A stretch of 63,946 nt of DNA, filler included, from Acetivibrio sp. (GTDB lineage: Bacteria > Bacillota > Clostridia > Acetivibrionales > Acetivibrionaceae): the NCBI RefSeq assembly GCF_035371925.1. It is 4 parts of 4 records of this genome, joined end to end, with 100 filler letters (N's around TTAATTAATTAA, not from the genome) between each part and the next. Parts side by side here need not be neighbours in the genome. Positions count along the whole stretch, not along the records: positions 1 to 22,467 come from NZ_DAORXT010000046.1; 3 more parts are not named here. One strand, given 5' to 3'. Below the pieces are notes generated by a model. That model was not told where the DNA came from. It ran no database searches and saw only the letters and a program-made list of their open reading frames with translations. Of this stretch, positions 1-10,666 are shown piece by piece. A program made the translations under genes and the position numbers. Every line of letters starts with the position of its first letter. Position 1 is the first letter of the stretch.

Positions 1-53
1 AGCCTGGCATCTTCTTTTTCAAAGATCATTTTGTTTCATTACAGGAATGCTCC
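1..53. mobile_element. Terminus of a multicopy insertion sequence (ends ...CAGGAATGCTCC), family unresolved
   Basis: Bases 4-53 are identical to 22568-22617 (50 bp); the two copies diverge right after GCTCC; the second copy abuts an assembly gap and this one lies at the window start. Confidence 0.7.
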
Positions 54-781
54 TAAGATATATTCAGATAGGAATAGAAAATAACAAAGTCGTTGGAGTA
101 TTTACCAACTCTCCTTATTACAAGCTCAATGAAGGTGTAGGTGTGGGAACGGACAATCTCAGTGTAATGAATAATCTGGGGGAACCTTTGAAATACGTAC
201 TGAAGGGAAATACCTACTATATGATGAGCGATATGGAAAAACACATGCTGTTTAATATAAATAACAACTATTATGCAACTGTCTTTTTTGATATTGTTGA
301 TAACTACAAAACTACTTCATATCTTTTGATTGATTGCGAAACGGAGCAGTCTCTTTTAGGTTATTACGGCAAGCCTTCGGAGGAGCTTAGAATAAGTTAC
401 GAGAGGGAAATCTTTGATCTTGCAAATGCTGTTAGAGTAAGGAATGGATTGGAGCCCTTCGAATGGGATAATGAAATTGCAAAAGTTGCATGGGCTCACA
501 GTAAGGACATGATAATAAACGATTTCTTTTCCCATAACAATTTGCAAGGGGAAAGTCCGTTTGACAGGATGAAGAAAGCCGGCATAACGTATTCATCTGC
601 CGGAGAAAACATTGCTATTGGCCAGATAGATGCCATATACGCTCATGAGGCATGGATGAATTCCCCCGGGCATAGGGCAAATATACTTGGAAAATTTGAG
701 CGCCTTGGAGTTGGAGTTTACATAGGGGATGATGAAAGGATAACCTATACTCAGAATTTCTATACCCCGAGAAACAGATAA
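47..781 (+). pseudogene. CAP/SCP-domain protein with CAP-associated N-terminal region, 5'-truncated by the IS
   Basis: CAP motifs (FDLANAVR..GL, AWAHSKDM, FFSH, GENIA, WMNSPGHRANIL); the ATG lies inside the IS end; no signal peptide. Confidence 0.7.
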
Positions 782-919
782 ATTTTTATAATAAAATGTT
801 ATTTTTTCGATGATTTTATGGTACAATAAGTTAATAAGAAAATCAGTTTAATTTACATAATTGCACAGAGCTTTGTTTGCAGCAATAATGAGTATATTAT
901 ATTGAAAAGGGTGATTGAT

Positions 920-1315
920 ATGGATATCTTTGCAAAGGCAAAAGAGCTTGGAACATTGATAAGCACTTCCGATGAAATGACAAACTACAAGAAATGGGAA
1001 GCAAGCCTTGAAAAGGACCACAAAGCAAGAGCCATACTTCGTGAGTATCAATCATTGCAAACTGAAATGGTTAGAGCGGCGCATGAAGACGAGGATAAAA
1101 GTGTTATAGATGATATAAAGGCAAGACTGTTGTCAAAGTTTGACGAAGTAAACAGTTATGAGGTTACGAGAAATTACATTGAATCAAAAGAAAAATTGGA
1201 CAGGCTCATAAAAAGGGTTAATGATGTACTTGTTTATTCAATTTCCGGCGAGGAGCCTTGTTCATCGAACAACTGCAGTTCGTGCAGCGGCTGCGGAACT
1301 AAATCTTGTACGTGA
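920..1315 (+). CDS. YlbF/YmcA (RicAFT-type) family regulator with Cys-rich tail
   Basis: AKELG.LI..S.E..Y pattern, helical, directly upstream of mutS; ATG at 920 preferred over TTG 902. Confidence 0.75.
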   Translation: MDIFAKAKELGTLISTSDEMTNYKKWEASLEKDHKARAILREYQSLQTEMVRAAHEDEDKSVIDDIKARLLSKFDEVNSYEVTRNYIESKEKLDRLIKRVNDVLVYSISGEEPCSSNNCSSCSGCGTKSCT

Positions 1316-1326
1316 GGTAAGTAAAG

Positions 1327-3939
1327 ATGGCTTCATTGACACCTATGATGCAACAGTATCTTGAAATAAAGGAACAGTACAAGGACTGTATCCTTTTTTT
1401 CAGGCTGGGAGACTTTTATGAAATGTTTTTCTCCGATGCGGAGCTGGCAGCAAGAGAACTGGAATTAACGCTTACGGGAAGGGACTGCGGCCTTGAAGAG
1501 AGAGCTCCCATGTGCGGAGTTCCTTTTCATTCGGCGGATTCGTATATTGCAAGGCTGGTTAATAAAGGCTACAAAGTGGCAATATGTGAGCAGGTTGAAG
1601 ACCCTGCGCTGGCAAAGGGATTGGTAAAAAGGGATGTAATAAAGATTATTACTCCAGGTACAATGACCGATTATGCCATGCTGGATGAAAAGAAAAATAA
1701 TTATCTTATGTCAATCTATAAAAACAAAACCTTTTACGGTATTGCTTGTGTGGATCTTACCACGGGAGAGTTTTTATCGACGTATATTACCTTCGGCAAC
1801 ACCTTCAACAAATTAATGGATGAAATAGCGAAATTCTCACCATCTGAAATTGTTGTAAACGGTGAGTTTTTTCATGATGAAGAATTGAAAAACACTCTTA
1901 GAAAGAGGTTTGATGTCTATATCTCCACCATGGAGGACGGGTTTTTTGAGAAGGATTTTTGCAAAGAGAAGGTGAGAAGTTATTTTAAAGATTATGTAAT
2001 TGAAGAAAATGCTTTTGACCTTTACATAAATGCTTCCGGAGCTCTTTTGGAATACCTGGAGCAGACACAGAAGGTAAACTTGAGCCATATTCAGAGCTTT
2101 AACGTTTACAGGATTGAAGAATACATGATTTTAGACATGGCTACAAGAAGAAACCTTGAACTGACGGAGACCATGAGGGAAAAGAACAGAAAAGGCTCCC
2201 TTCTTTGGGTATTGGACAGGACAATGACTTCTATGGGCGGAAGAACATTGAGAAAGTGGATAGAGCAGCCCTTAATTAACCTGCATGATATAAAGGACAG
2301 GCTCAATGCCGTAAATGAGTTTAAAGAAAAGTTTATGGCGAGATCTGAAGTAAGAGAGCTTTTAAGGGCGGTTTACGACATAGAGAGGCTTATGTCAAAG
2401 GTTATTTTGGGAAGTGCCAATTGCCGGGATTTAATATCGATAAAGCATTCTATCGGGCAGGTGCCCTATATAAAGGAGCTTATTTCCGATTTTAAGTCGG
2501 ACCTTAATGTTTTAAGCTATAATGAATTGGATACACTAACCGATGTGTATGAAATTATTGACAAGGCAATAATCGATGAGCCGCCTGTTGCAGTAAAAGA
2601 GGGCGGAATCATAAAAGAAGGCTTTAATGAAGAGGTGGATAAGCTAAGAAGTGCTTCAAAAGACGGAAAGAAGTGGATTGCACTTTTAGAGAGCAGAGAG
2701 AGGGAAAGAACCGGCATTAAAAACTTGAAAGTGGGATTCAACAAGGTTTTTGGCTACTTTATTGAAGTAACCAAATCCTACTATTCCCAAGTGCCAGATG
2801 ACTATATAAGAAAGCAGACCTTGGCGAACTGCGAAAGGTACGTGACACAAGAGCTGAAGGAAATTGAAAATACCATATTAGGAGCCGAGGACAGGCTTGT
2901 AGAGCTGGAATATCAGATATTTGCAGATATAAGGAACAGGGTTGCAAATGAAATAAACAGGTTGAAATCCACGGCAAGAAGCCTTGCCAGAATAGACGCT
3001 TTATGTTCGCTGGCGGAAGTGGCAGACAGGGAATCTTACACCATGCCTGTTATAACCGATGATGATAAAATTGAAATCAAAGACGGAAGGCACCCGGTAG
3101 TGGAGAAAATGATCGGACAGGGGTCCTTTGTTCCCAATGACACCTATCTTGATATGGGTGAAAATCAAATTTCGATAATTACCGGGCCGAATATGGCGGG
3201 TAAATCTACATATATGAGACAGGTGGCACTTATTGTGCTTATGGCTCAAATGGGAAGCTTTGTTCCAGCCCAAAGTGCAAAGATAGGTATAGTTGACAGG
3301 ATATTTACAAGGGTCGGTGCTTCGGATGACCTGGCTGCAGGCCAGAGTACCTTTATGGTTGAAATGTCTGAGGTTGCAAACATACTCAGCAATGCCACAT
3401 CAAAGAGCCTGTTGGTGTTAGATGAAATAGGCAGGGGTACAAGCACCTATGACGGGCTAAGCATTGCATGGGCGGTAATTGAGTTTATTGACGAAAAAAT
3501 TGGAGCAAGGACACTGTTTGCCACCCATTACCATGAGCTTACGGAGCTTGAAGAAAGAATTGAAGGAATAAAGAATTATTGCATATCCGTGGAGGAAAAG
3601 GGAGAAGATATAATTTTCCTGAGGAAGATATTAAGGGGCGGTGCCGACAACAGCTATGGTGTACAGGTTGCAAGGCTTGCAGGTATACCGGCTCCCGTTA
3701 TCCACAGAGCAAAGGAAATACTAAAAAAATTGGAAGATGCGGATATAACCAGGAAGGAAAAACGTATTACAAGGAGAAAACAACCCATAGAAGGGCAAAT
3801 TGACGTATTTACGTTTAATGCTGCCCAAAGAAGCTGTGATGAGGTTTTAAATGAGCTGAGGAGTCTTGATATTACGACCCTTACACCGTTGGATGCAATA
3901 AATGTATTGTACAATCTTCAAAAGAAGGTAAAAGGATAG
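1327..3939 (+). CDS. mutS: DNA mismatch repair protein MutS
   Basis: TPMMQQY, FFRLGDFYEMF, Walker A GPNMAGKST, DEIGRGTST. Confidence 0.99.
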   Translation: MASLTPMMQQYLEIKEQYKDCILFFRLGDFYEMFFSDAELAARELELTLTGRDCGLEERAPMCGVPFHSADSYIARLVNKGYKVAICEQVEDPALAKGLVKRDVIKIITPGTMTDYAMLDEKKNNYLMSIYKNKTFYGIACVDLTTGEFLSTYITFGNTFNKLMDEIAKFSPSEIVVNGEFFHDEELKNTLRKRFDVYISTMEDGFFEKDFCKEKVRSYFKDYVIEENAFDLYINASGALLEYLEQTQKVNLSHIQSFNVYRIEEYMILDMATRRNLELTETMREKNRKGSLLWVLDRTMTSMGGRTLRKWIEQPLINLHDIKDRLNAVNEFKEKFMARSEVRELLRAVYDIERLMSKVILGSANCRDLISIKHSIGQVPYIKELISDFKSDLNVLSYNELDTLTDVYEIIDKAIIDEPPVAVKEGGIIKEGFNEEVDKLRSASKDGKKWIALLESRERERTGIKNLKVGFNKVFGYFIEVTKSYYSQVPDDYIRKQTLANCERYVTQELKEIENTILGAEDRLVELEYQIFADIRNRVANEINRLKSTARSLARIDALCSLAEVADRESYTMPVITDDDKIEIKDGRHPVVEKMIGQGSFVPNDTYLDMGENQISIITGPNMAGKSTYMRQVALIVLMAQMGSFVPAQSAKIGIVDRIFTRVGASDDLAAGQSTFMVEMSEVANILSNATSKSLLVLDEIGRGTSTYDGLSIAWAVIEFIDEKIGARTLFATHYHELTELEERIEGIKNYCISVEEKGEDIIFLRKILRGGADNSYGVQVARLAGIPAPVIHRAKEILKKLEDADITRKEKRITRRKQPIEGQIDVFTFNAAQRSCDEVLNELRSLDITTLTPLDAINVLYNLQKKVKG

Positions 3940-3972
3940 AAAAAAGCAAGGAACTTAGAAAGGTTATTTATT

Positions 3973-6180
3973 ATGGGGAAAATTGTTATACTTGATGAAA
4001 ATACGGCAAATCAGATTGCCGCGGGAGAAGTGGTGGAAAGGCCGGCTTCCGTGGTAAAAGAGCTGGTTGAGAACTCCATTGATGCTAAAAGTACCAATAT
4101 ATCCGTGGAGATAAGCAATGGCGGAATATCCTTTATAAAGGTGGTTGACAACGGAAGCGGAATTGAAGAGGACGATATTGAAATTGCCTTTGAGAGGCAT
4201 TCCACCAGCAAGATAAGAAGGGCAAGCGACCTTGAGGCAATTACCTCCCTTGGGTTTAGAGGTGAGGCTTTGGCCAGCATCGCTTCCGTTTCTACCGTTG
4301 AGGTTACTTCAAGACCCGCTCACAGGGAGTATGGAAGGTATGTAAAAATACAGGGAGGAACTCTTTTAGAGTCCAACCAGGTAGGATGCCCTGCAGGTAC
4401 GACATTTATTGTAAGGGAGCTTTTTTACAATACTCCTGCAAGATTTAAGTTTTTGAAAAAAGACTCCACTGAGGCGGGATATGTTTCCGATATAGTGAGC
4501 AGGATTGCCCTTGGAAATCCTGACATTTCCTTTAGATTAATCAACAATAGGAATACCGTTATTCATACTCCGGGTAATAATGACCTTTTGAGCACCATAT
4601 ACAGCTTGTACGGCAAGGAAACTGCAAAAGAATGCATGGAGATTTCCTATGAGGATGAGAACGTAAAAATAAGCGGATATGCGGGAAGACCTGAAATAGC
4701 AAGGGCAAACAGGAATTATCAGTCCATATATTTAAACAGAAGATATATAAAAAACAAGATTATATCCTCTGCAATTGACGAGGCATATAAAACATATCTT
4801 ATGAAAAACAAATTTGCTTTTATTGTGCTGTACATGGAGCTAAATCCGTTGTTGGTGGATGTCAATGTACATCCTACAAAAATGGAGGTAAGGTTTTCAA
4901 GGGAACAGGAGATATTTAGAGCCGTTTACCACGCCGTAAACAATGCTCTGCTTAGCAAGACCCATATAAGAAATATTTCCCTTACAGAAAGCCCGAAGAA
5001 TTATTTCAAATTTGACCAGCCTTCAAAAAAGGAAGCCGATTATGTGCAGCAAAAGCTGGATACGGACAGGAAGTTTTCAGGATACAATTATGATGATTTT
5101 AAAATAAAAAACGACGATACGTTAAAACAGACATGGGAGAATTTAAGTGTTAAAGACAGCGCCAAGATTGATAATCGGAAAGATGAATATAAAGATGAAT
5201 ATATAAATAAAGATGAAGCCAAAAATAAGGTTGATATAAATGTTGTTAAGAAAGACAAGCCCATTGACAGTTCGAGTAAAAAGATTATTGACAGGACGCC
5301 TAATGAGGTTTTTGAGTCAGCCGGCGAGTCGATTAATGAGTCAGCCAATGAGCCGGTTGATGGGAAAATTAATGAGCCAATTGATAAGGTGAGTATAGAG
5401 CCTTATGAAATAACTTCAAAAAGCACCGATAAGGATTGCTATAATTTTTGTGAAACCGGTTATGATAATGATTTAAAAGATATCGGAAATAAACCTAAAG
5501 ATAATTGTGATGATGTCGATAATAATGCTGATACCAATTATGATAAAATCCGTGCCGATAAAGATGATTTAAGTACCAAAAAGGATATTGAACAAAATAT
5601 TTTTCAAAGTGCCCGGATAATTGGTCAGGTTTTCTCGACATATATTCTTCTTCAGAATGGGGACGACTTAATAATCATTGATCAACATGCCGCCCATGAA
5701 AGAATACGTTTTGAAGAGCTCAGAGAAAAGTATGCAAAAAACGAGAGCCTTGCGCAATATCTGTTGACACCGGTGGTTATAGAGCTTACAAACCAGGAAA
5801 TTGCTTTTATTGAAGAAGAAAAAGAATTATTAAATAAATTTGGGTTTATTTTTGAGAGCTTTGGCAATAATTCTATTATACTTCGTTCGATACCGGTTTC
5901 GGACGTGAGTGTGGGCATTAAGGAAGCCTTTTTGGAAATTGTTGATTTTTTAATGTCAAAGGGCAAGAAATATGATAGAATTATTGAAGAAGAGGCATTA
6001 TACCGTATAGCATGCAAGTCGGCGGTAAAAGCGAACAAGAAGCTTGATGAAATAGAGATAAAAGGCATTTTGGATAAGCTCAACGTACTTGAAAATCCAT
6101 ATACATGCCCGCATGGAAGGCCGACTGTTATTAAAATTACGAAATATGAATTTGAAAAAATGTTTAAAAGAATAGTTTAA
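3973..6180 (+). CDS. mutL: DNA mismatch repair endonuclease MutL
   Basis: IAAGEVVERPASVVKELVEN, GFRGEALASI, DQHAAHERI, ACK, CPHGRP. Confidence 0.99.
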   Translation: MGKIVILDENTANQIAAGEVVERPASVVKELVENSIDAKSTNISVEISNGGISFIKVVDNGSGIEEDDIEIAFERHSTSKIRRASDLEAITSLGFRGEALASIASVSTVEVTSRPAHREYGRYVKIQGGTLLESNQVGCPAGTTFIVRELFYNTPARFKFLKKDSTEAGYVSDIVSRIALGNPDISFRLINNRNTVIHTPGNNDLLSTIYSLYGKETAKECMEISYEDENVKISGYAGRPEIARANRNYQSIYLNRRYIKNKIISSAIDEAYKTYLMKNKFAFIVLYMELNPLLVDVNVHPTKMEVRFSREQEIFRAVYHAVNNALLSKTHIRNISLTESPKNYFKFDQPSKKEADYVQQKLDTDRKFSGYNYDDFKIKNDDTLKQTWENLSVKDSAKIDNRKDEYKDEYINKDEAKNKVDINVVKKDKPIDSSSKKIIDRTPNEVFESAGESINESANEPVDGKINEPIDKVSIEPYEITSKSTDKDCYNFCETGYDNDLKDIGNKPKDNCDDVDNNADTNYDKIRADKDDLSTKKDIEQNIFQSARIIGQVFSTYILLQNGDDLIIIDQHAAHERIRFEELREKYAKNESLAQYLLTPVVIELTNQEIAFIEEEKELLNKFGFIFESFGNNSIILRSIPVSDVSVGIKEAFLEIVDFLMSKGKKYDRIIEEEALYRIACKSAVKANKKLDEIEIKGILDKLNVLENPYTCPHGRPTVIKITKYEFEKMFKRIV

Positions 6181-6199
6181 TCTGTTTTGGAGGACAAAG

Positions 6200-7141
6200 T
6201 TGGATAATGTAATTGTGATAATAGGTCCAACGGCTTCGGGAAAAACGAAGCTTGCTATAGAGATAGCTAAACGTGCAAACGGTGAGATAATTTCAGCAGA
6301 TTCCATGCAGATTTATAAATATATGGACATAGGTACTGCCAAGCCCGATGAAGAAGAGAGAGAGGGTATAAAGCACTACCTTATTGATGAAGTGACACCG
6401 GACGAAGAGTTTAGCGTCGCAAGGTTTAAAGAGCTTTCATTAAAATATTTGGATGAAATTTTAGGTAAAGGCAAGCTTCCCATTGTTGCCGGAGGGACAG
6501 GACTTTATATTAATTCACTAATATATAATCTAGAATTCTCCGATACTATTTGTGATTGGGAGCTTAGAAATAAACTTGCGCAAGAAGCGAAGGAAAAAGG
6601 CAATGAATATCTTCACAACAAGCTCAAGGAGATTGACCCTAAAGCAGCAGAAAATATACATATGAACAATGTAAAGCGGGTAATACGTGCCATAGAAGTG
6701 TATACCTATACAAAAAAGCCCATTTCCGTTCATCAGGAGGAGTCGAGAAAAAATCCTCCGAAGCACAATTTTATATTAATAGGTATTACGATGGACAGGG
6801 AAAAGCTTTATGAGAGAATTAACAAAAGAGTGGATTTGATGCTGGAAAATGGCCTTGTCCAAGAGATCGAGAAACTTGTTGAAATGGGATACGATAAAAG
6901 TACGATTGCCATGCAAGGACTAGGCTACAAGGAAATATTGTCCTACCTAAAAGGGGAAATGACTTTAGATGAAGCAGTTGAAATTATAAAGAGAGATACA
7001 AGGCGGTATGCAAAACGCCAGATGACATGGTTTAGAAGGCTTGAAAATGTTTACTGGATAAATAAGGATGAGTTTGATAGTGATGAGAAAATAATAAAAA
7101 ATATTAAATATTATCTTGAAACGTTTGGTATTTTCTTGTAG
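6200..7141 (+). CDS. miaA: tRNA dimethylallyltransferase
   Basis: GPTASGKT, SADSMQIY, GTAKP, TRRYAKRQMTW. Confidence 0.98.
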   Translation: MDNVIVIIGPTASGKTKLAIEIAKRANGEIISADSMQIYKYMDIGTAKPDEEEREGIKHYLIDEVTPDEEFSVARFKELSLKYLDEILGKGKLPIVAGGTGLYINSLIYNLEFSDTICDWELRNKLAQEAKEKGNEYLHNKLKEIDPKAAENIHMNNVKRVIRAIEVYTYTKKPISVHQEESRKNPPKHNFILIGITMDREKLYERINKRVDLMLENGLVQEIEKLVEMGYDKSTIAMQGLGYKEILSYLKGEMTLDEAVEIIKRDTRRYAKRQMTWFRRLENVYWINKDEFDSDEKIIKNIKYYLETFGIFL

Positions 7142-7260
7142 AATAAGAATAACAAAATAAATAGCAGGGTAGGATTTGTAGGTAATGAATGTTTTGATTT
7201 TGTAAGCAATAAATGTTTTATATAAAGATAAAAAAAGAGAGAAATAGAGGAGGATTATCT

Positions 7261-7506
7261 GTGGTGAACAAAAATAATATTAATTTACAGGACGTTTTTC
7301 TAAACCAAGTAAGAAAAGAACATATCCCGGTTACCATCTATCTTACCAACGGATTCCAATTGAAAGGTACAGTAAAAGGATTTGACAACTTTACTGTTGT
7401 ACTTGACAGTGAGGGAAGGCAGCAGCTAATTTATAAACATGCAATTTCAACAATAAGCCCGATGAAAATCGTTAGCTTGATTTTCAATGACAACAGAGCG
7501 GAATAA
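7261..7506 (+). CDS. hfq: RNA chaperone Hfq
   Basis: [35 protein letters not shown] 7 nt before GTG 7261; miaA-hfq synteny. Confidence 0.97.
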   Translation: MVNKNNINLQDVFLNQVRKEHIPVTIYLTNGFQLKGTVKGFDNFTVVLDSEGRQQLIYKHAISTISPMKIVSLIFNDNRAE

Positions 7507-7530
7507 AATATTAACAGCTATACGATAAAT

Positions 7531-7578
7531 AGGCAAAAGCTCTGAAGCATTGTGCTTTTTAGGAGCTTTTGCCTTTTA
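7531..7578. terminator. Bidirectional intrinsic terminator between hfq and lexA
   Basis: AGGCAAAAGCTC (7531-7542) / GAGCTTTTGCCT (7563-7574) inverted repeat between convergent genes. Confidence 0.8.
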
Positions 7579-7582
7579 GTCA

Positions 7583-8224
7583 TTACATTTTTCTAAAGAC
7601 TCCTATAACCTTTCCTAAAATATATAAATTGTCTCTTACTATAATCGGATCGTAAAATTTATTTGCCGGCTGTAATCTTACAAATCCTCTTTCTTTGTAA
7701 AAGGTTTTAACCGTAGCTTCATCGTCGATTAGGGCAACAACTATATCTCCGTTGTTTGCTGTAGATTGCTGTTTTACAAGGATATAATCATTATCCAAAA
7801 TACCTGCCTCTATCATACTGTCACCTTGGACACGAAGCATGAAAGTCGTGGAATTTTGGACAAAATCCAAGGGCAGAGGAAAAGTATCTTCTATATTTTC
7901 AACTGCAAGAATCGGCTGACCTGCAGTTACCTTTCCAACAATAGGGACTTCAACAAGCTCCTTGCCGGAATATATGTTCTTAGATTCATCTGCTTCGGAG
8001 TTCTTTTTATTGCTGATGACTTTAAGGGCTCTAGGCTTTGAAGGGTCCTTTTTTATAAGACCTTCTTTTTTTAATTTTTCCAAGTAGCTGTGCACAGTGG
8101 ATGTGGATTTAAAACCGACTGCATTGCATATTTCTCTGACAGAAGGAGGATATCCGTTCTTTTCTATTTGCTCGTTTAGAAAATCAAGAATCTTTTGCTG
8201 TTTTTCGTTTATTTTATTTTGCAT
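7583..8224 (-). CDS. lexA: SOS repressor LexA
   Basis: [10 protein letters not shown] wHTH, VTAGQP cleavage site, GDSM (Ser), TVK (Lys); start ATG 8224 after GAGGTG. Confidence 0.98.
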   Translation of the reverse strand: MQNKINEKQQKILDFLNEQIEKNGYPPSVREICNAVGFKSTSTVHSYLEKLKKEGLIKKDPSKPRALKVISNKKNSEADESKNIYSGKELVEVPIVGKVTAGQPILAVENIEDTFPLPLDFVQNSTTFMLRVQGDSMIEAGILDNDYILVKQQSTANNGDIVVALIDDEATVKTFYKERGFVRLQPANKFYDPIIVRDNLYILGKVIGVFRKM

Positions 8225-8328
8225 AATTTTCACCTCGAATACATTTTTGTGGTGCTTAAATAAATACCATATACTTATAATATTAATACCTGTTTGACAG
8301 TATTATATCATTAATGCCAAAACAAATC

Positions 8329-8411
8329 AAACTAATGTTCGATATTTTTTAAATTTTATATTGACGCAAGAACGTGTGTTCGGCTATAATATCCATATAG
8401 AACATTAGTTC
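8329..8411. promoter_or_regulatory. Three Firmicutes-type LexA (SOS) boxes and a sigma-A promoter for yneA
   Basis: AAAC-TAAT-GTTC 8329-8340, GAAC-GTGT-GTTC 8370-8381, GAAC-ATTA-GTTC 8400-8411; TTGACG 8361-8366 and TATAAT 8385-8390. Confidence 0.9.
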
Positions 8412-8425
8412 GGTGAGGGGTTTTT

Positions 8426-8713
8426 ATGAAAAAGAAATATGTTTTAAAGAACAAGAGAAGATTTTTTACATTTGTTTTTTTGGTACTAATGGGTATGACG
8501 GCTGTTATAAATGGAGCTACCCGTACCTATGGATATAGGGAGCCTTCTTATGAGACAATTATAGTAAGACAAGGGGATACTCTGTGGGGTATAGCCGAAA
8601 ACTACAACAAACGGGGAGATATCAGAAAGTACATATATGATGTCATGGTTTTAAACAATCTTGAAGACTGTCAGATAATTGAGGGAATGGAGCTTAAGAT
8701 AATTGTTGAGTAG
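8426..8713 (+). CDS. yneA: YneA-like SOS cell-division inhibitor (TM + LysM)
   Basis: N-terminal TM, LysM VRQGDTLWGIA, divergent from lexA under SOS boxes. Confidence 0.8.
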   Translation: MKKKYVLKNKRRFFTFVFLVLMGMTAVINGATRTYGYREPSYETIIVRQGDTLWGIAENYNKRGDIRKYIYDVMVLNNLEDCQIIEGMELKIIVE

Positions 8714-8760
8714 TTTTGACATAGCCTGTATATGCTCCCGCAAAGGCTGCATGTTAATTT

Positions 8761-8797
8761 TAAAAGTACTCTTTTCAAAGGAAAAGGGTACTTTTTA
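8761..8797 (+). terminator. Intrinsic terminator after yneA
   Basis: AAAAGTACTCTTTTC / GAAAAGGGTACTTTT followed by T-rich tract. Confidence 0.7.
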
Positions 8798-8828
8798 TAT
8801 TTTATAATGTATTTATTTTAAAAAAAGC

Positions 8829-8857
8829 TTGACTAACAACCAAATATAGCTTAAAAT
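8829..8857 (+). promoter_or_regulatory. Sigma-A promoter for ylxM-ffh
   Basis: TTGACT-17 bp-TAAAAT. Confidence 0.7.
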
Positions 8858-8892
8858 TGAGTGTAAAGTATTTTTGCTTTACAGGTGAACAT

Positions 8893-9246
8893 ATGGACAA
8901 AGTATATGAAGCTGCGCTTTTGCTGGACTTTTACGGACAGCTGCTTACAAAAAGGCAGTTTGAAATACTGGATCTTTATTTGAATAATGATTATTCTCTT
9001 GGAGAGATTGCAGAGCACCTTAATATAAGCAGACAGGGTGTTTATGATAACATAAAGCGCGGCAGGGCTGTGTTGGACCGCATGGAAGAAAAACTTGGCC
9101 TTGTGCATAAATTTTTGCAGCAGAAAAACAGAGCAATGGAAATACTAAAGGATATAAAAAGCATAGATATAAGCAATATGAGTGCTGAAGATGTTGAGAT
9201 TTTAAAAAGGGTTGAAGAGAAAATAGAAGAAATTGCTGAGAGTTGA
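8893..9246 (+). CDS. ylxM: YlxM SRP-associated HTH protein
   Basis: LLLDFYGQLLT.RQ, DYSLGEIAE, ISRQGVYDNIKR; upstream of ffh. Confidence 0.95.
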   Translation: MDKVYEAALLLDFYGQLLTKRQFEILDLYLNNDYSLGEIAEHLNISRQGVYDNIKRGRAVLDRMEEKLGLVHKFLQQKNRAMEILKDIKSIDISNMSAEDVEILKRVEEKIEEIAES

Positions 9247-9286
9247 ATATTTGATATCCTTATGGAATTGAGGTGTCACATAGTAT

Positions 9287-10627
9287 ATGGTTTTTGAAGG
9301 ATTGTCGGGAAAGCTTCAGGAAGCAATGAAGAAGCTTAGGGGAAAAGGAAGAGTTACGGAAAAAGATGTAAAAGAAATGATGCGTGAGATAAAGCTTGCG
9401 CTTTTGGAGGCGGACGTTAACTTTAAAGTTGTTAAAGACTTTATTGCAAAAGTGTCCGAAAGAGCTGTGGGGCAGGATGTTTTGGAAAGCCTTACGCCGG
9501 GGCAGCAGGTAATCAAGATAGTCCATGAGGAGCTTATTAACCTTATGGGTTCTGCCAACAGCAAGGTAACCTTTGCATCAAAGCCTCCTACGGTATATAT
9601 GATGGTGGGGCTCCAAGGTTCCGGTAAGACCACAACGACAGGAAAGCTGGCAAGCCTTTTGAGAAAGCAGGGCAAAAAGCCTTTGTTGGTTGCCTGTGAC
9701 GTGTACAGACCTGCTGCGATAAAGCAGCTGCAGGTTGTCGGTTCACAGCTTGGGATTGAAGTATTCTCAATGGGAGACAAGACCAATCCCGTTGATATAG
9801 CAAAAGCGGCTATTGAGTTTGCAAAGTCAAGACAGTATGATCTTGTAATAATAGATACCGCCGGTCGTCTTCACATTAATGAAGAGCTTATGGAAGAGCT
9901 TCAAAACATAAAAGAAGCTGTGAGACCCCAGGAAATATTACTTGTTGTAGACTCTATGACCGGTCAGGATGCTGTAAATGTTGCAGAAAGCTTTAATGAT
10001 AAATTAGGTGTTGACGGTATTATACTTACAAAGCTTGACGGAGACACCCGCGGAGGTGCGGCGCTTTCTGTCAAAGCAGTTACAGGAAAACCCATCAAGT
10101 TTATAGGTATGGGTGAAAAATTGAGTGATATTGAGCCATTTTTCCCTGACAGGATGGCATCAAGAATTCTTGGCATGGGAGATGTTTTAAGTCTTATAGA
10201 AAAAGCCCAGGAAGCCTTTGATGAGAAAAAGGCGTTGGAACTGGAAAAGAAGATGCGTACCCAGCAATTTACGTTGGACGATTTTCTGGAACAGATGCAG
10301 CAGATAAAAAAGATGGGACCCTTAAATCAGCTGCTGGGCATGATTCCCGGACTTAATGCCAATGCCTTGAAGGATGTGGAATTGGATGAAAAGAAGATGT
10401 CTCATGTTGAGGCTATTATAAAGTCCATGACCAAGGAAGAAAGAAACAACCCTTCAATAATAAACGGCAGCAGAAGGAAGAGAATTGCTGCAGGAAGCGG
10501 TACCACCGTTCAGGAGGTAAACAAGCTTCTAAAAGATTTTGAAGAAATGAAAAAGATGATGAAAATGATGACTGACATGGGTAAACGCGGTAAAAAGGGA
10601 TTGAAGAAATTCCGAATGCCGTTTTAA
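9287..10627 (+). CDS. ffh: Signal recognition particle protein
   Basis: GLQGSGKTTT, DTAGR, TKLDGDTRGGAALS, M domain. Confidence 0.99.
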   Translation: MVFEGLSGKLQEAMKKLRGKGRVTEKDVKEMMREIKLALLEADVNFKVVKDFIAKVSERAVGQDVLESLTPGQQVIKIVHEELINLMGSANSKVTFASKPPTVYMMVGLQGSGKTTTTGKLASLLRKQGKKPLLVACDVYRPAAIKQLQVVGSQLGIEVFSMGDKTNPVDIAKAAIEFAKSRQYDLVIIDTAGRLHINEELMEELQNIKEAVRPQEILLVVDSMTGQDAVNVAESFNDKLGVDGIILTKLDGDTRGGAALSVKAVTGKPIKFIGMGEKLSDIEPFFPDRMASRILGMGDVLSLIEKAQEAFDEKKALELEKKMRTQQFTLDDFLEQMQQIKKMGPLNQLLGMIPGLNANALKDVELDEKKMSHVEAIIKSMTKEERNNPSIINGSRRKRIAAGSGTTVQEVNKLLKDFEEMKKMMKMMTDMGKRGKKGLKKFRMPF

Positions 10628-10666
10628 TAAACAATAGTTGTAATTATACTTGCGGGAGGTGAAAAA

